64,000 bases of DNA, from positions 22,253 through 86,252 of the forward strand of contig CAMDWQ010000001.1 in assembly GCA_945877765.1 (NCBI GenBank), in the 5' to 3' direction. Source of the stretch: Candidatus Omnitrophota bacterium. GTDB taxonomy: Bacteria > Omnitrophota > Gorgyraeia > 2-02-FULL-51-18. A program made the translations under genes and the position numbers. The notes under the pieces were generated by a model. That model saw nothing but the letters and a program-made list of their open reading frames with translations, made no database searches and was not told the origin of the DNA. Positions 44,592 through 53,386 of this stretch are shown here, piece after piece (position 1 is the stretch's first letter; each line of letters starts with the position of its first letter).

Positions 44592-46519
44592 ATCGCCTCA
44601 TCTATTTTTACAATAATCAATGTAATGTCATCATGTTGCTCGGCTTTCCCCATAAATTGATCGAGGTCCTCCACGACCCGCTTGGCAATATTTTCTGCCG
44701 TCTCTGAGCGTCCAATAGCCAGAACCTTCTGAAGTCTCTGCACATCGTATTCTTCCTTACGACGATTTCTTGCCTCGCTAACCCCATCCGAATAGAAAGC
44801 AAATGCATCGCCCGCATGGAGCGGATAGGTGGAATTAGCAAAGGCGACTCCCTCCATCACCCCAATGGGCATCCCCTCTTCGGCGCTCAGAAGCTGGCTA
44901 ACACCAGAAATACTCACAGCCGCTACCGGCAAGTGGCCTCCATTAGAAAGCATCATTTTTTTGTCCACTAGGTCAAATATCGCATAACTCATCGTCACAA
45001 ACAAGCCCCCCGTTGTTTCGGAGGCGATGGCATTGTTCACCTGCTCTAGAGCACCGGCTGGTTCCTGACGGTCACGCGCAGAAAACTTAAATTCAGAGAC
45101 TGTTTTTGCCATAAAAAGAGCAGCGGGAGTGCCCTTACCGGAAACATCGCCCACCATGACACCAATCTTGCCTTCGGGTGCTAGATTTACAAACGAGTAT
45201 AAATCGCCGCCAACAGCCTTGGCGGGTCTAAAATGCACAGCGATCGAGAGGCCTTTGACTTGCGGCATGGACTCAGGCAAAAAACTCTTTTGTATTTGGC
45301 TGGCAATTTTAAGCTCGCTTTCTATCAGCTCTCGTTTTTTCATTTCTAAAAGAACGCGTGAGAGCGTGGTGCTGGCATAGAGCGCCGCAAACACCACCAT
45401 TGGATAAAAAAGATCGATCCACCAACCCGCCGTGCAAAACAATATAACGGACACTACGGCAAAAAAGCTCATGACACTCAACGCGCCTAAAAGCGCTCGG
45501 GCAGGCTTAAAACCAGCGGAGATACGATTGATTAAAAAACCAACCAAAACTAGAAGCGCTAAATTAATCCCGCGGCTAGCTCGATGGATAAAATCCCTTT
45601 GAAGGATATCGTTTAAAATATTGGCATAGGAACCTACCATGGGATAAACCGATTGAATCGGTATCGGGCTGGTATCGTGCGAACCTTGTGACGTCAAACC
45701 CACGATACAAATTTTTCCTTTTAACAAATTCAAATCAATGCGGGGTTTCCGGCCCTCTGCCGCCTGAGCATAGGAATAAATAACGTCCAGATAGGAATAA
45801 TGCTGAAATGTCGTTTCCCAGGATCCGGCATAAGTGATGATAAAGCAGCTATCTTCATCTAAGGGAATACGGTGAGCGGGTGAAAGCTCAATGCATTGCC
45901 CCGGTTTGAATATTATGCTTTCCTCACCCTGGCCCACTAAATCGGCAGCCGCGCGAAAAGCTAATTGAAAATAATTTTTTCCTTCAAAGGAGATGACCGG
46001 TACCGTACGGCGTCGCTTACCGTCTATATCCGCCTTGGCATTCACGAATCCCACGCCTTTTGCCGCCTGCCGATACCCGGGCACAAGATCGGATTCTAAA
46101 CGCGTGGCTGTAAAAATATTTTTGCGGCGCTTAGGGTCTGCAAACGCGAAAGCAAAGTAAATATTTTGAGCTTTTTTGGCGGCATCAATCACCGCCTGAT
46201 CGTGCTCCCGCGGGTCGGCAAATAGAATATCAAATAGGACAGCTTTGGCACCGGACTGCTCAAGCACTTGAATTAAATTTGCATGATATTCGCGGTCAAA
46301 CGGCCAAGCACCCAGTTCTTTCAATGAATCATTCCATATATCAATCAGGATTATTTCGCTGCTTACAGGGCGAGGCCCGCGAAGTTGGCAGCGCCAATCA
46401 AAAGTCTGAAGCTCGTAAAGCTCAAAGCTGCGAAAATAAGACCCAAGCGCTGCCAATAGCAAGGCAAATACAACAAGGACATACCACGTATATTTTCTAG
46501 AAAACGACAGGAATCCCAA
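44588..46519 (-). CDS. CHASE2 sensor domain - PP2C/SpoIIE-type serine phosphatase (RsbU-like input phosphatase)
   Basis: 643 aa. N-terminal TM plus a periplasmic CHASE2-like region, then TM helices. The C-terminal PPM phosphatase has VGDVSGKG, LFVTMSYAIFD and YSDGVSEA. Its start overlaps the downstream REC-GGDEF-EAL gene by 4 nt. Confidence 0.75.
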   Translation of the reverse strand: MGFLSFSRKYTWYVLVVFALLLAALGSYFRSFELYELQTFDWRCQLRGPRPVSSEIILIDIWNDSLKELGAWPFDREYHANLIQVLEQSGAKAVLFDILFADPREHDQAVIDAAKKAQNIYFAFAFADPKRRKNIFTATRLESDLVPGYRQAAKGVGFVNAKADIDGKRRRTVPVISFEGKNYFQLAFRAAADLVGQGEESIIFKPGQCIELSPAHRIPLDEDSCFIITYAGSWETTFQHYSYLDVIYSYAQAAEGRKPRIDLNLLKGKICIVGLTSQGSHDTSPIPIQSVYPMVGSYANILNDILQRDFIHRASRGINLALLVLVGFLINRISAGFKPARALLGALSVMSFFAVVSVILFCTAGWWIDLFYPMVVFAALYASTTLSRVLLEMKKRELIESELKIASQIQKSFLPESMPQVKGLSIAVHFRPAKAVGGDLYSFVNLAPEGKIGVMVGDVSGKGTPAALFMAKTVSEFKFSARDRQEPAGALEQVNNAIASETTGGLFVTMSYAIFDLVDKKMMLSNGGHLPVAAVSISGVSQLLSAEEGMPIGVMEGVAFANSTYPLHAGDAFAFYSDGVSEARNRRKEEYDVQRLQKVLAIGRSETAENIAKRVVEDLDQFMGKAEQHDDITLIIVKIDEAI

Positions 46520-46541
46520 GGTGATTTAGGTTTTCTTTTGG

Positions 46542-47327
46542 CTAAGTTTTTTTGCCGGGTATAAAATTTTGTTTGGTGCTGGACGCGGCGATGGTTGTCT
46601 CTGCCGCCGAAAGCTCTGGGGTTTCCAGTTGGGTAGCAGCGAGTGATTTCTTGTGCGCTAAAAGCCGCTGGGCGCGCTCTCGATCCATCTCTTCCCGGCT
46701 CATTTCTTTTCCTTTGAGAAGCACTTTCCACGGATGGTGTTTGACGTCATCGCTAAAATCGCGGAAATTGCTGGAGGTTTCATCAAAATTTTCCATCATG
46801 CTGTTAATTCTGGGGCGGTTTTCGACCACAATCTCATCGACATGCTTGGCAACCAAACCGATATCCTGAGTTGTTTTGCTAATATCACCGGCAACTTTTT
46901 TTCCAATCTCCACCAATTCTTCCATGCGGAATGGTTCCGTACTTCCAATCGCATCCCCTTCTTTGGCGTATTCAGGAGAGGTCGTGCCTGATTTAATCTC
47001 GATATACTTTTCACCCATCAATCCGAAGGTAGATGCCATCGCAGAAGAATCGAGGCGGATATTAACCCCCTCCCGAATCCAAAGATCCAGTTCCACCAGC
47101 GTTTCCTGACCATACAAAAGACGGATATCCTTGACTTCCCCAACCTCGACTCCCGACAAACAGACGGGCGCGTGTTTTTTGACCCCTCCGGTATAGTGAA
47201 ATTGAGTTTTTAATAGATAACCTTTTTTGACCCAGGTAATCTTTCCTACGCGAATCGCCAGCGCGCCAAACGCGACAACGCAAACAACAACAAAAATACC
47301 CGTTTTGAGCTCATTACTTATTTTCAT
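46542..47327 (-). CDS. mlaD: MlaD-like MCE-domain protein (phospholipid ABC transport, periplasmic substrate-binding component)
   Basis: 261 aa. N-terminal TM anchor (IFVVVCVVAFGALAI), an MCE domain, and a C-terminal extension. Confidence 0.75.
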   Translation of the reverse strand: MKISNELKTGIFVVVCVVAFGALAIRVGKITWVKKGYLLKTQFHYTGGVKKHAPVCLSGVEVGEVKDIRLLYGQETLVELDLWIREGVNIRLDSSAMASTFGLMGEKYIEIKSGTTSPEYAKEGDAIGSTEPFRMEELVEIGKKVAGDISKTTQDIGLVAKHVDEIVVENRPRINSMMENFDETSSNFRDFSDDVKHHPWKVLLKGKEMSREEMDRERAQRLLAHKKSLAATQLETPELSAAETTIAASSTKQNFIPGKKT

Positions 47328-47361
47328 TCCCTCGCCCCTCCGGTTTAATCCTATAGAAAAA

Positions 47362-48186
47362 TTAAGACTGCTTCAACTCCGTTGTTAGTTGCTCCAAATA
47401 ATCATCACCCTTTTGCACAAACGATATCGGTCCCTCTGCTTCTCCGGTAATAAATTGTTCAACGATTGGATTTTTCGAGTTCCTTATCTCCTGGGGAGTC
47501 CCAATTTGAATGATGTTGCCCTCGTGCAACATGACGATACGATCCGCGATACGAAACACGCTATTCATGTCATGGGTGACCACGACCGACGTCATGTGAA
47601 GCTTCTTGGTCAAATCCATCGTTAACTTGTCGACGACACCGGTCATCACCGGGTCCAAGCCCGCCGTCGGCTCATCATAAAACACAATCGTCGGATCAAG
47701 GACGATCGCGCGCGCCAACCCTACCCTTTTTTTCATGCCGCCCGAAAGCTGTGAAGGCATCAGGTTCTCAAATCCGCGTAGGCCGACAAGCTCAAGCTTC
47801 ATTTTTACCACGATGCTGATAACGCTGTTGTCTAGCTTGGTGTGCTCGCGCAGCGGCAACGCAATATTCTCCCCTACCGATAGGGAATCAAATAAAGCGC
47901 CGGACTGAAAAAGCATGCCGAATTTTTTACGAATCTCATCCATCTGGTCTTCGCTGGCTTTGGCGATATTTTTCCCAAACATCCAAACCTCACCCGAATC
48001 AGGGCGAATAGACCCAATCAAATGCCGCAAAAAAGTACTTTTCCCACAACCCGAACCGCCCATGATGACTATCGTCTCTCCCTGAAAAATATCCAAGGAG
48101 ACATCATTAAGAATACGGCGCGAACCAAAATTTTTAATTACATTCTTGACGCTGATGACGATTTCTTTTTTTTGGGGTGTGGTCAT
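47362..48186 (-). CDS. mlaF: MlaF-like ABC transporter ATP-binding protein
   Basis: 274 aa. Walker A GGSGCGKST, Q-loop, ABC signature LSGGMKKRVGLARA, Walker B IVFYDEPTAGLD and the H-loop. Confidence 0.85.
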   Translation of the reverse strand: MTTPQKKEIVISVKNVIKNFGSRRILNDVSLDIFQGETIVIMGGSGCGKSTFLRHLIGSIRPDSGEVWMFGKNIAKASEDQMDEIRKKFGMLFQSGALFDSLSVGENIALPLREHTKLDNSVISIVVKMKLELVGLRGFENLMPSQLSGGMKKRVGLARAIVLDPTIVFYDEPTAGLDPVMTGVVDKLTMDLTKKLHMTSVVVTHDMNSVFRIADRIVMLHEGNIIQIGTPQEIRNSKNPIVEQFITGEAEGPISFVQKGDDYLEQLTTELKQS

Positions 48187-48983
48187 GACTTGGCGAAGTA
48201 GAAAATGAGGGTTAAGACCGCATCCGCTAGAATGATAAGAATGAACGAGGTGACTACACTCTGAGTGGTGGATCGCCCGACTCCCTCAGCCCCACCCTCT
48301 GTAGAAATGCCTTTGTGACAAGCGATCAAGGAAATGATCATGCTAAAAACCGCGCTTTTAAGCAGCCCTGTGTTGATGTCTTTTAATGTTAAAAAGCGAA
48401 TCGTTGTATCAAAGTAGAGGCCTGGAGTAATGTGAAGCTGGGTCGTACCGATAAGGTACCCGCCATACATACCGACAATATTTCCTAAGATCACAAGACA
48501 CGGAAGCATAAATAGAAGCGCTAAAAAACGGGGCGCCACCAAATACCGTACGGGATTGAGGCTTAGCGTTTCCAATGCCTCCATCTGCTCGGTAACTTTC
48601 ATCGTCGCAAGCTCAGCCGTGATCGCCGCTCCCACACGACCCGCGATGACAAGCGATGTCAGAACCGGGCCTATTTCACGCGTCATTGAAACAGCCACAA
48701 GTGCCGCGACATAAATAGTGGCCCCCATTTGCTCTAGCTGATAGGCCGATTGCATCGCAAGAACCATGCCGATAAAAAGATTCACAAAGAACACAATCAC
48801 CATCGAATCCAGTCCCGCAAAAACAGTTTGCGCAAAAAAACTTTTGCGTGAAACTGCTTTTTTCTTAAAAGGACCGGCAAAAATCCAATACAACGTCTGA
48901 AAGAAAAGCTTTATAACCAGAGCGGTTTCTTTGAGAAGTGAGAGAGTGCCGCCCCCAATGGATTCAAAAAGGGAGAGGTTCAT
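48183..48983 (-). CDS. mlaE: MlaE-like ABC transporter permease
   Basis: 266 aa polytopic permease of the MlaE/YrbE family. It overlaps mlaF by 4 nt. Confidence 0.8.
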   Translation of the reverse strand: MNLSLFESIGGGTLSLLKETALVIKLFFQTLYWIFAGPFKKKAVSRKSFFAQTVFAGLDSMVIVFFVNLFIGMVLAMQSAYQLEQMGATIYVAALVAVSMTREIGPVLTSLVIAGRVGAAITAELATMKVTEQMEALETLSLNPVRYLVAPRFLALLFMLPCLVILGNIVGMYGGYLIGTTQLHITPGLYFDTTIRFLTLKDINTGLLKSAVFSMIISLIACHKGISTEGGAEGVGRSTTQSVVTSFILIILADAVLTLIFYFAKS

Positions 48984-49306
48984 TTAATTTTTGCGATGGC
49001 CTCGTCTTGAGCGGCAAAAATTGAAAAAAGCTTATCCAATTTTGTAATTTCAAAAAGGCTCTTCACTTTTTCAGACATACCCGCCAGGCCTAAAGCACCT
49101 CCCTGAGAACGTGTTTTTTTGAGAATCTCAACGAGCGTTGCCAGTCCTGAGCTGTCGATATACGATACTTTTTCAAGATTGACGACAATTTTTTTAGAAG
49201 AGATTTTCTCAAAATGATTTTTTAGGGCAGGGGAGGTGCTAATATTAATCTCGCCATTGACCTGAAATACCGCGATTTCTTCGATTTGTAGAACCTTTAC
49301 ATCCAT
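48980..49306 (-). CDS. STAS-domain anti-sigma-factor antagonist (SpoIIAA/RsbV-like; also occupies the MlaB position)
   Basis: 108 aa. The conserved phosphorylatable-serine motif YIDSSGLATLVEIL (DSSG). It overlaps mlaE by 4 nt. Confidence 0.75.
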   Translation of the reverse strand: MDVKVLQIEEIAVFQVNGEINISTSPALKNHFEKISSKKIVVNLEKVSYIDSSGLATLVEILKKTRSQGGALGLAGMSEKVKSLFEITKLDKLFSIFAAQDEAIAKIK

Positions 49307-49343
49307 AAAATCTCCCCCTTTTTAAGAAATAAAAACGTTTATT

Positions 49344-49817
49344 TTAAAGCGGTCCTTGAATCGATTTTTCCATCCTAATGGAATTCCCTTTGGCATTAAA
49401 CTGAACGCTATCCATCAATTGATAAATAAGATATATCCCGCGCCCGCCGCCCTTGAAAAGATTGTCCTGGTGCGTGCAATCGCTTAAATTAGCCGCCTTA
49501 AAACCCTTCCCGCGGTCCTCAAGATTTAACCATATTTTTTTTTCATTGAAACCGGCCTCCAGCGATACCGGAATCTCTTTCTTTAGGCAATTTCCGTACT
49601 TCATCGCGTTAATCAATGCCTCTTCCAGGCACAGACGGATATCAAAACGGTACGCATCGCTTAGTCCCAACGGCTTAAAAAAAGACAAAACTCGACTGCT
49701 CGTCTTTTGGACTTCAGATAAGCTACTTGGCACTAGCCATTTTTTTACGGCTGCGCTTTTTTTCGCTTTTGACAAAAATTTTTTCAATGGTTTCAAGCTG
49801 TGCCTCCTGGTACACAC
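49344..49817 (-). CDS. Anti-sigma regulatory factor, Ser/Thr protein kinase of the HATPase_c (RsbW/SpoIIAB) type
   Basis: 157 aa as given. N-box LCLEEALINAMKYGN, G1 box DRGKGF and G2 box GGRGIYLI. The annotated ATG overlaps accA by 95 nt, so the real start is probably a downstream GTG/TTG. Confidence 0.65.
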   Translation of the reverse strand: MCTRRHSLKPLKKFLSKAKKSAAVKKWLVPSSLSEVQKTSSRVLSFFKPLGLSDAYRFDIRLCLEEALINAMKYGNCLKKEIPVSLEAGFNEKKIWLNLEDRGKGFKAANLSDCTHQDNLFKGGGRGIYLIYQLMDSVQFNAKGNSIRMEKSIQGPL

Positions 49818-50754
49818 CGATGGTACGAAACTTCTGATAGCGCGCTTCTACAAGATCGCGACCACCTATCCCTTCAAGCTCTTTCAAATATTGATGGATC
49901 GCTTGACGCGTGGTTTCGGTAATTTCCTGAAAATTTTTATGCGCTCCCCCCAAAGGCTCTTTAACGATGCCATCAATCAGTTTCATCTCCAAGAGGTCCT
50001 TGGCGGTAAGCTTTAGAGCGGCGGCAGCCTCCGGCGCCTTCGTGCGATCTTTCCAAAGAATCGCGGCGCATCCTTCGGGTGAGATAACAGAATAATAGGC
50101 GTTTTCCATGACCAGCACGCGATCACCGACTCCAATTCCCAAAGCACCGCCGGAACCTCCCTCGCCAATAACACAAACAATGATCGGTACTTCGATGCGC
50201 GCCATCTCGCGAATATTGACGGCAATCGTGTAAGCCTGCCCACGCTCTTCGGCGCCAATGCCCGGATAAGCGCCAGGCGTATCCACAAAAGCGATGATGG
50301 GCAGTCCAAATTTTTGGGCCATATACATTAGACGAAGCGCCTTACGATAACCCTCCGGGTGAGCGCTTCCAAAATTCCTCATAATATTTTCTTTAGCGTC
50401 GCGACCTTTTTGGTGCCCCATCACTAAGCATGGCCGGCCTTCAAAGAGAGCAAACCCGCCAACCAGCGCCTTGTCATCCGCAAACGTCCGGTCCCCGTGA
50501 AATTCAACAAAATCGGTAAAAATCCCCTGAATATAATCTAGGGTATACGGGCGTCGAGGGTGTCTTGCAATTTGAACGCGCTGCCAAGGTGTTAGATTGT
50601 GGTAGATCTCTTTTTTGGCGACTTCAAGCCGTGATTCGAGCTTCTTAACCTCTGAGTCCAGATTCAAACTGCCGTCCGCAGAAAGGTTTTTTAGCTCCGC
50701 GATTTTCTTTTCAAGCTCAAGAATTGGTTTTTCAAAATCCAAGGCAATCATCAT
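49723..50754 (-). CDS. accA: Acetyl-CoA carboxylase carboxyltransferase subunit alpha
   Basis: 343 aa. RHPRRPYTLDYI, GRPCLVMGHQKGRD, FGLPIIAFVDTPGAYPGIGAEERGQ, IGEGGSGGALGIGVGD. It carries a Lys/Arg-rich C-terminal tail extension. Confidence 0.9.
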   Translation of the reverse strand: MMIALDFEKPILELEKKIAELKNLSADGSLNLDSEVKKLESRLEVAKKEIYHNLTPWQRVQIARHPRRPYTLDYIQGIFTDFVEFHGDRTFADDKALVGGFALFEGRPCLVMGHQKGRDAKENIMRNFGSAHPEGYRKALRLMYMAQKFGLPIIAFVDTPGAYPGIGAEERGQAYTIAVNIREMARIEVPIIVCVIGEGGSGGALGIGVGDRVLVMENAYYSVISPEGCAAILWKDRTKAPEAAAALKLTAKDLLEMKLIDGIVKEPLGGAHKNFQEITETTRQAIHQYLKELEGIGGRDLVEARYQKFRTIGVYQEAQLETIEKIFVKSEKKRSRKKMASAK

Positions 50755-51410
50755 TAAATTTTATCCACAATAGTCACGACGGCTCCCGGAGGAATCATCC
50801 GGTAAAGCTCTTCGACTTCTTCATTTTTCATGCGCACACAACCCGCCGTCACTTGCTGCCCCAACGTCTGCGGCTCAATCGTTCCGTGAATCCCATAACT
50901 GGGCTTAGAGATTCCCATCCAGCGTGTTCCCAGCTGATTTTCGGGGCTGCCAGGCTTAATCGCATGATTGTCCTTATACCAGGTGGGGTTGACTAATTTG
51001 TCGGTGATCGTAAAAGACCCAACGGGCGTTGAGTTGTTGGTGCCGGTGGAAACCACATAAAGTTTAAGAATTTCTTCATCTCCCTTGAGCGCCATACGAT
51101 TTTTTGATTTATCCACTACTAGAGAGAATTTGTAAGTGGGGATTTTAAGTTTCATGCCAGGCCGAAGCTTTTTCTCTTCAATGCCGTTCACCATCATCAA
51201 AAGGTCGGCGGTCACGTGATTTTTTCGAGAAATTTTTGTATAATTATCGCCGGGCATGACGGTATACATCACCGAATGCGCATCAGGCTTTGGTGATAAG
51301 AGAATGGGGAATGCTGGTCCGGGCTCAGATTGGGGAACCTCGGAGGCTGCCCACGCTTGTGGAAGCGCTAAAAAGCAAAGCAGAATAATTAAAATAAGTT
51401 TTCGGCTCAA
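50754..51410 (-). CDS. L,D-transpeptidase (YkuD family) with N-terminal LysM domain
   Basis: 218 aa. Signal peptide. LysM (YTVMPGDNYTKISRKN...LKIP). The catalytic domain has HGT and the GCVRM active-site Cys motif. Confidence 0.8.
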   Translation of the reverse strand: MSRKLILIILLCFLALPQAWAASEVPQSEPGPAFPILLSPKPDAHSVMYTVMPGDNYTKISRKNHVTADLLMMVNGIEEKKLRPGMKLKIPTYKFSLVVDKSKNRMALKGDEEILKLYVVSTGTNNSTPVGSFTITDKLVNPTWYKDNHAIKPGSPENQLGTRWMGISKPSYGIHGTIEPQTLGQQVTAGCVRMKNEEVEELYRMIPPGAVVTIVDKI

Positions 51411-51880
51411 ACGGTCCCCCGATAAAATAAAATGGCGATTAAAATTCCCAAAGCCCCGCCCGCATACACTTCCACAGGGGTATGCCCGACAAATTCTTTC
51501 AAGCGGTTTTCCTGAACCCCTTTATGCTCATAAATATCCTCAATAATTTGATTGAGAATTATCGCCTGACGGCCGCTATGCCGGCGCACGCCTTGAGCAT
51601 CAAACATGGTAATCACCGCAAAACCCAAAGCCAGCGCAAACAGACCAGAATCAAAACCGTATTGGAGACCGATGGAAGCCGCCAGACACATCGATAGCGC
51701 CACGTGAGAGCTCGGCATTCCCCCTGATCGAGCCAGCCAGCGAAAATCAAATTTTTTTGTGCGTAAAAGCCCTAAAAAAACCTTCATGGCCTGCGCCACA
51801 AACCAAGCGGCAAACGAGGCTGTGATTGCAGGATTGTGACCTAGTTGACTCAGAATGCTGCCAGAAGCTGTTGAAATCAT
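51407..51880 (-). CDS. Divergent PAP2 family membrane protein (YuiD/DUF212-like)
   Basis: 157 aa. GGMPSSHVA and FDAQGVRRHSGRQA motifs characteristic of the acid-phosphatase / vanadium-haloperoxidase-related divergent PAP2 family. Confidence 0.7.
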   Translation of the reverse strand: MISTASGSILSQLGHNPAITASFAAWFVAQAMKVFLGLLRTKKFDFRWLARSGGMPSSHVALSMCLAASIGLQYGFDSGLFALALGFAVITMFDAQGVRRHSGRQAIILNQIIEDIYEHKGVQENRLKEFVGHTPVEVYAGGALGILIAILFYRGTV

Positions 51881-51972
51881 ATTTAAAAAATTGTTTATCT
51901 CCGAAGATTGGTCATATTATATAAATTTTGCTTAATCCCGGCAAGGAGATTACCGTAATCTATTTTTTTATA

Positions 51973-53382
51973 TTATTTACCAATACAAAATTTTCCGAAT
52001 AGAACATCAAGCATTTCGTCGTTTACTATTTCACCAAGAAGCTCTCCTAAACAATCCAGAGACAGACGCACATCCACAGCCACAAGTTCCGGCGAAAGAC
52101 GATCGCGGCAAGCGTCTTGCGCGCTCACAACCGCCTCTAGCATTTTCTGCAACACATCTCTTTGACGAACCGAGCTTATCACGCTCTCGCCCGCGTCCTG
52201 AGCCTTGCCCAGCCCTAGCCACTCCAGTATCTTTTTTTCAAGATTCACTATTCCCATTGCTTTCTGGCACGAAGTTTCAATGACGGCTGAATCAAAACCG
52301 GCATTCTCTAAAAGAGACTGGCTTATTTTCTTAGGAAGATCCGACTTATTTAATACGATCATCTTGGGTTTTGATTCTATTTCTTTGTATAGAGCGATAT
52401 CCTCCGCATCAAGCTCAGCGCCCGCATCTAGCACAAAAAGAACCAAATCGGACCCCGCGGCGGCAAGTCGCGAGCGAAAAACGCCTTCTTTTTCAATCGG
52501 ATGCGTCGTTTCCTGAATGCCCGCTGTATCGAAAAGTCTTACAGGAAATCCCTCAAGCTGAATCTCTTCCTCCACCACATCCCGCGTTGTCCCCGGGATC
52601 GGGGTCACAATCACACGATCATGATGCGCTAGGCGGTTCATTAAGCTAGACTTTCCCGCATTAGGACGGCCCCAGAGAACGACACGCGCGCCCCGCTTAG
52701 CCAAAAGACCAAGCTCTGAGCTGCGAAGAAGACTTTGTATTTTGGTTTTGATTTCAAAAATTCTATTTTCTATTCCCGAATATTCCCCAAGCTCCAGATC
52801 ATCTTCCGGAAAATCAATGGAGGCTTCAAGAAAAACTAAAATTTCAAGAAGCGTCTTTTTCATTTCGGCAATTTTTTTAGAAAGCTCCCCTTCAAGTTGG
52901 GCGCTGGCCCATTGGCGGCTTTTTTCAGTTTTGGCCTGGATCAGGTCCAGTACCGCTTCGGCCTGCAGCAAATCGATGCGGCCATTTAAAAAAGCGCGCT
53001 TGGTAAATTCTCCGCCAGCCGCAAGCCGAGCACCTTCTTGAACTGCCAGCGCCAGCACTTCCTGCAAAACGATACTGCCTCCATGAACTTGGATTTCCAC
53101 GACATCTTGAGCGGTGTAGCTTTTAGGGGCTCTCATGACCAATAAGATGGCCTCATCGATGATCCTTGAACCTCCCAACACAGAGCTTTTGGCAATCACG
53201 TGACCATACTGCGCGGTAAAACCTTTTTGATCAGCTACCAATTTTTTGCTGCCAGACACAAATATTTTTTCCGCAATCGCAAGTGACTCCCTTCCTGATA
53301 GGCGCACAATGCCCACGCCACCCTCGCCCACAGCCGTCGCGATTGCCGCAATCGTATCCTGGTCCGATTCTCTTCTCGTCAT
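51973..53382 (-). CDS. mnmE: tRNA modification GTPase MnmE (TrmE)
   Basis: N-terminal DTIAAIATAVGEGGVGIVRLSG. G-domain GRPNAGKSSL, DTAG, NKSD. The C-terminal FCIGK motif. The start was moved to MTRRESDQDT (53382) because the ORF-track start at 53415 overlaps folC and adds non-conserved residues. Confidence 0.85.
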   Translation of the reverse strand: MTRRESDQDTIAAIATAVGEGGVGIVRLSGRESLAIAEKIFVSGSKKLVADQKGFTAQYGHVIAKSSVLGGSRIIDEAILLVMRAPKSYTAQDVVEIQVHGGSIVLQEVLALAVQEGARLAAGGEFTKRAFLNGRIDLLQAEAVLDLIQAKTEKSRQWASAQLEGELSKKIAEMKKTLLEILVFLEASIDFPEDDLELGEYSGIENRIFEIKTKIQSLLRSSELGLLAKRGARVVLWGRPNAGKSSLMNRLAHHDRVIVTPIPGTTRDVVEEEIQLEGFPVRLFDTAGIQETTHPIEKEGVFRSRLAAAGSDLVLFVLDAGAELDAEDIALYKEIESKPKMIVLNKSDLPKKISQSLLENAGFDSAVIETSCQKAMGIVNLEKKILEWLGLGKAQDAGESVISSVRQRDVLQKMLEAVVSAQDACRDRLSPELVAVDVRLSLDCLGELLGEIVNDEMLDVLFGKFCIGK

Positions 53383-53386
53383 GATA

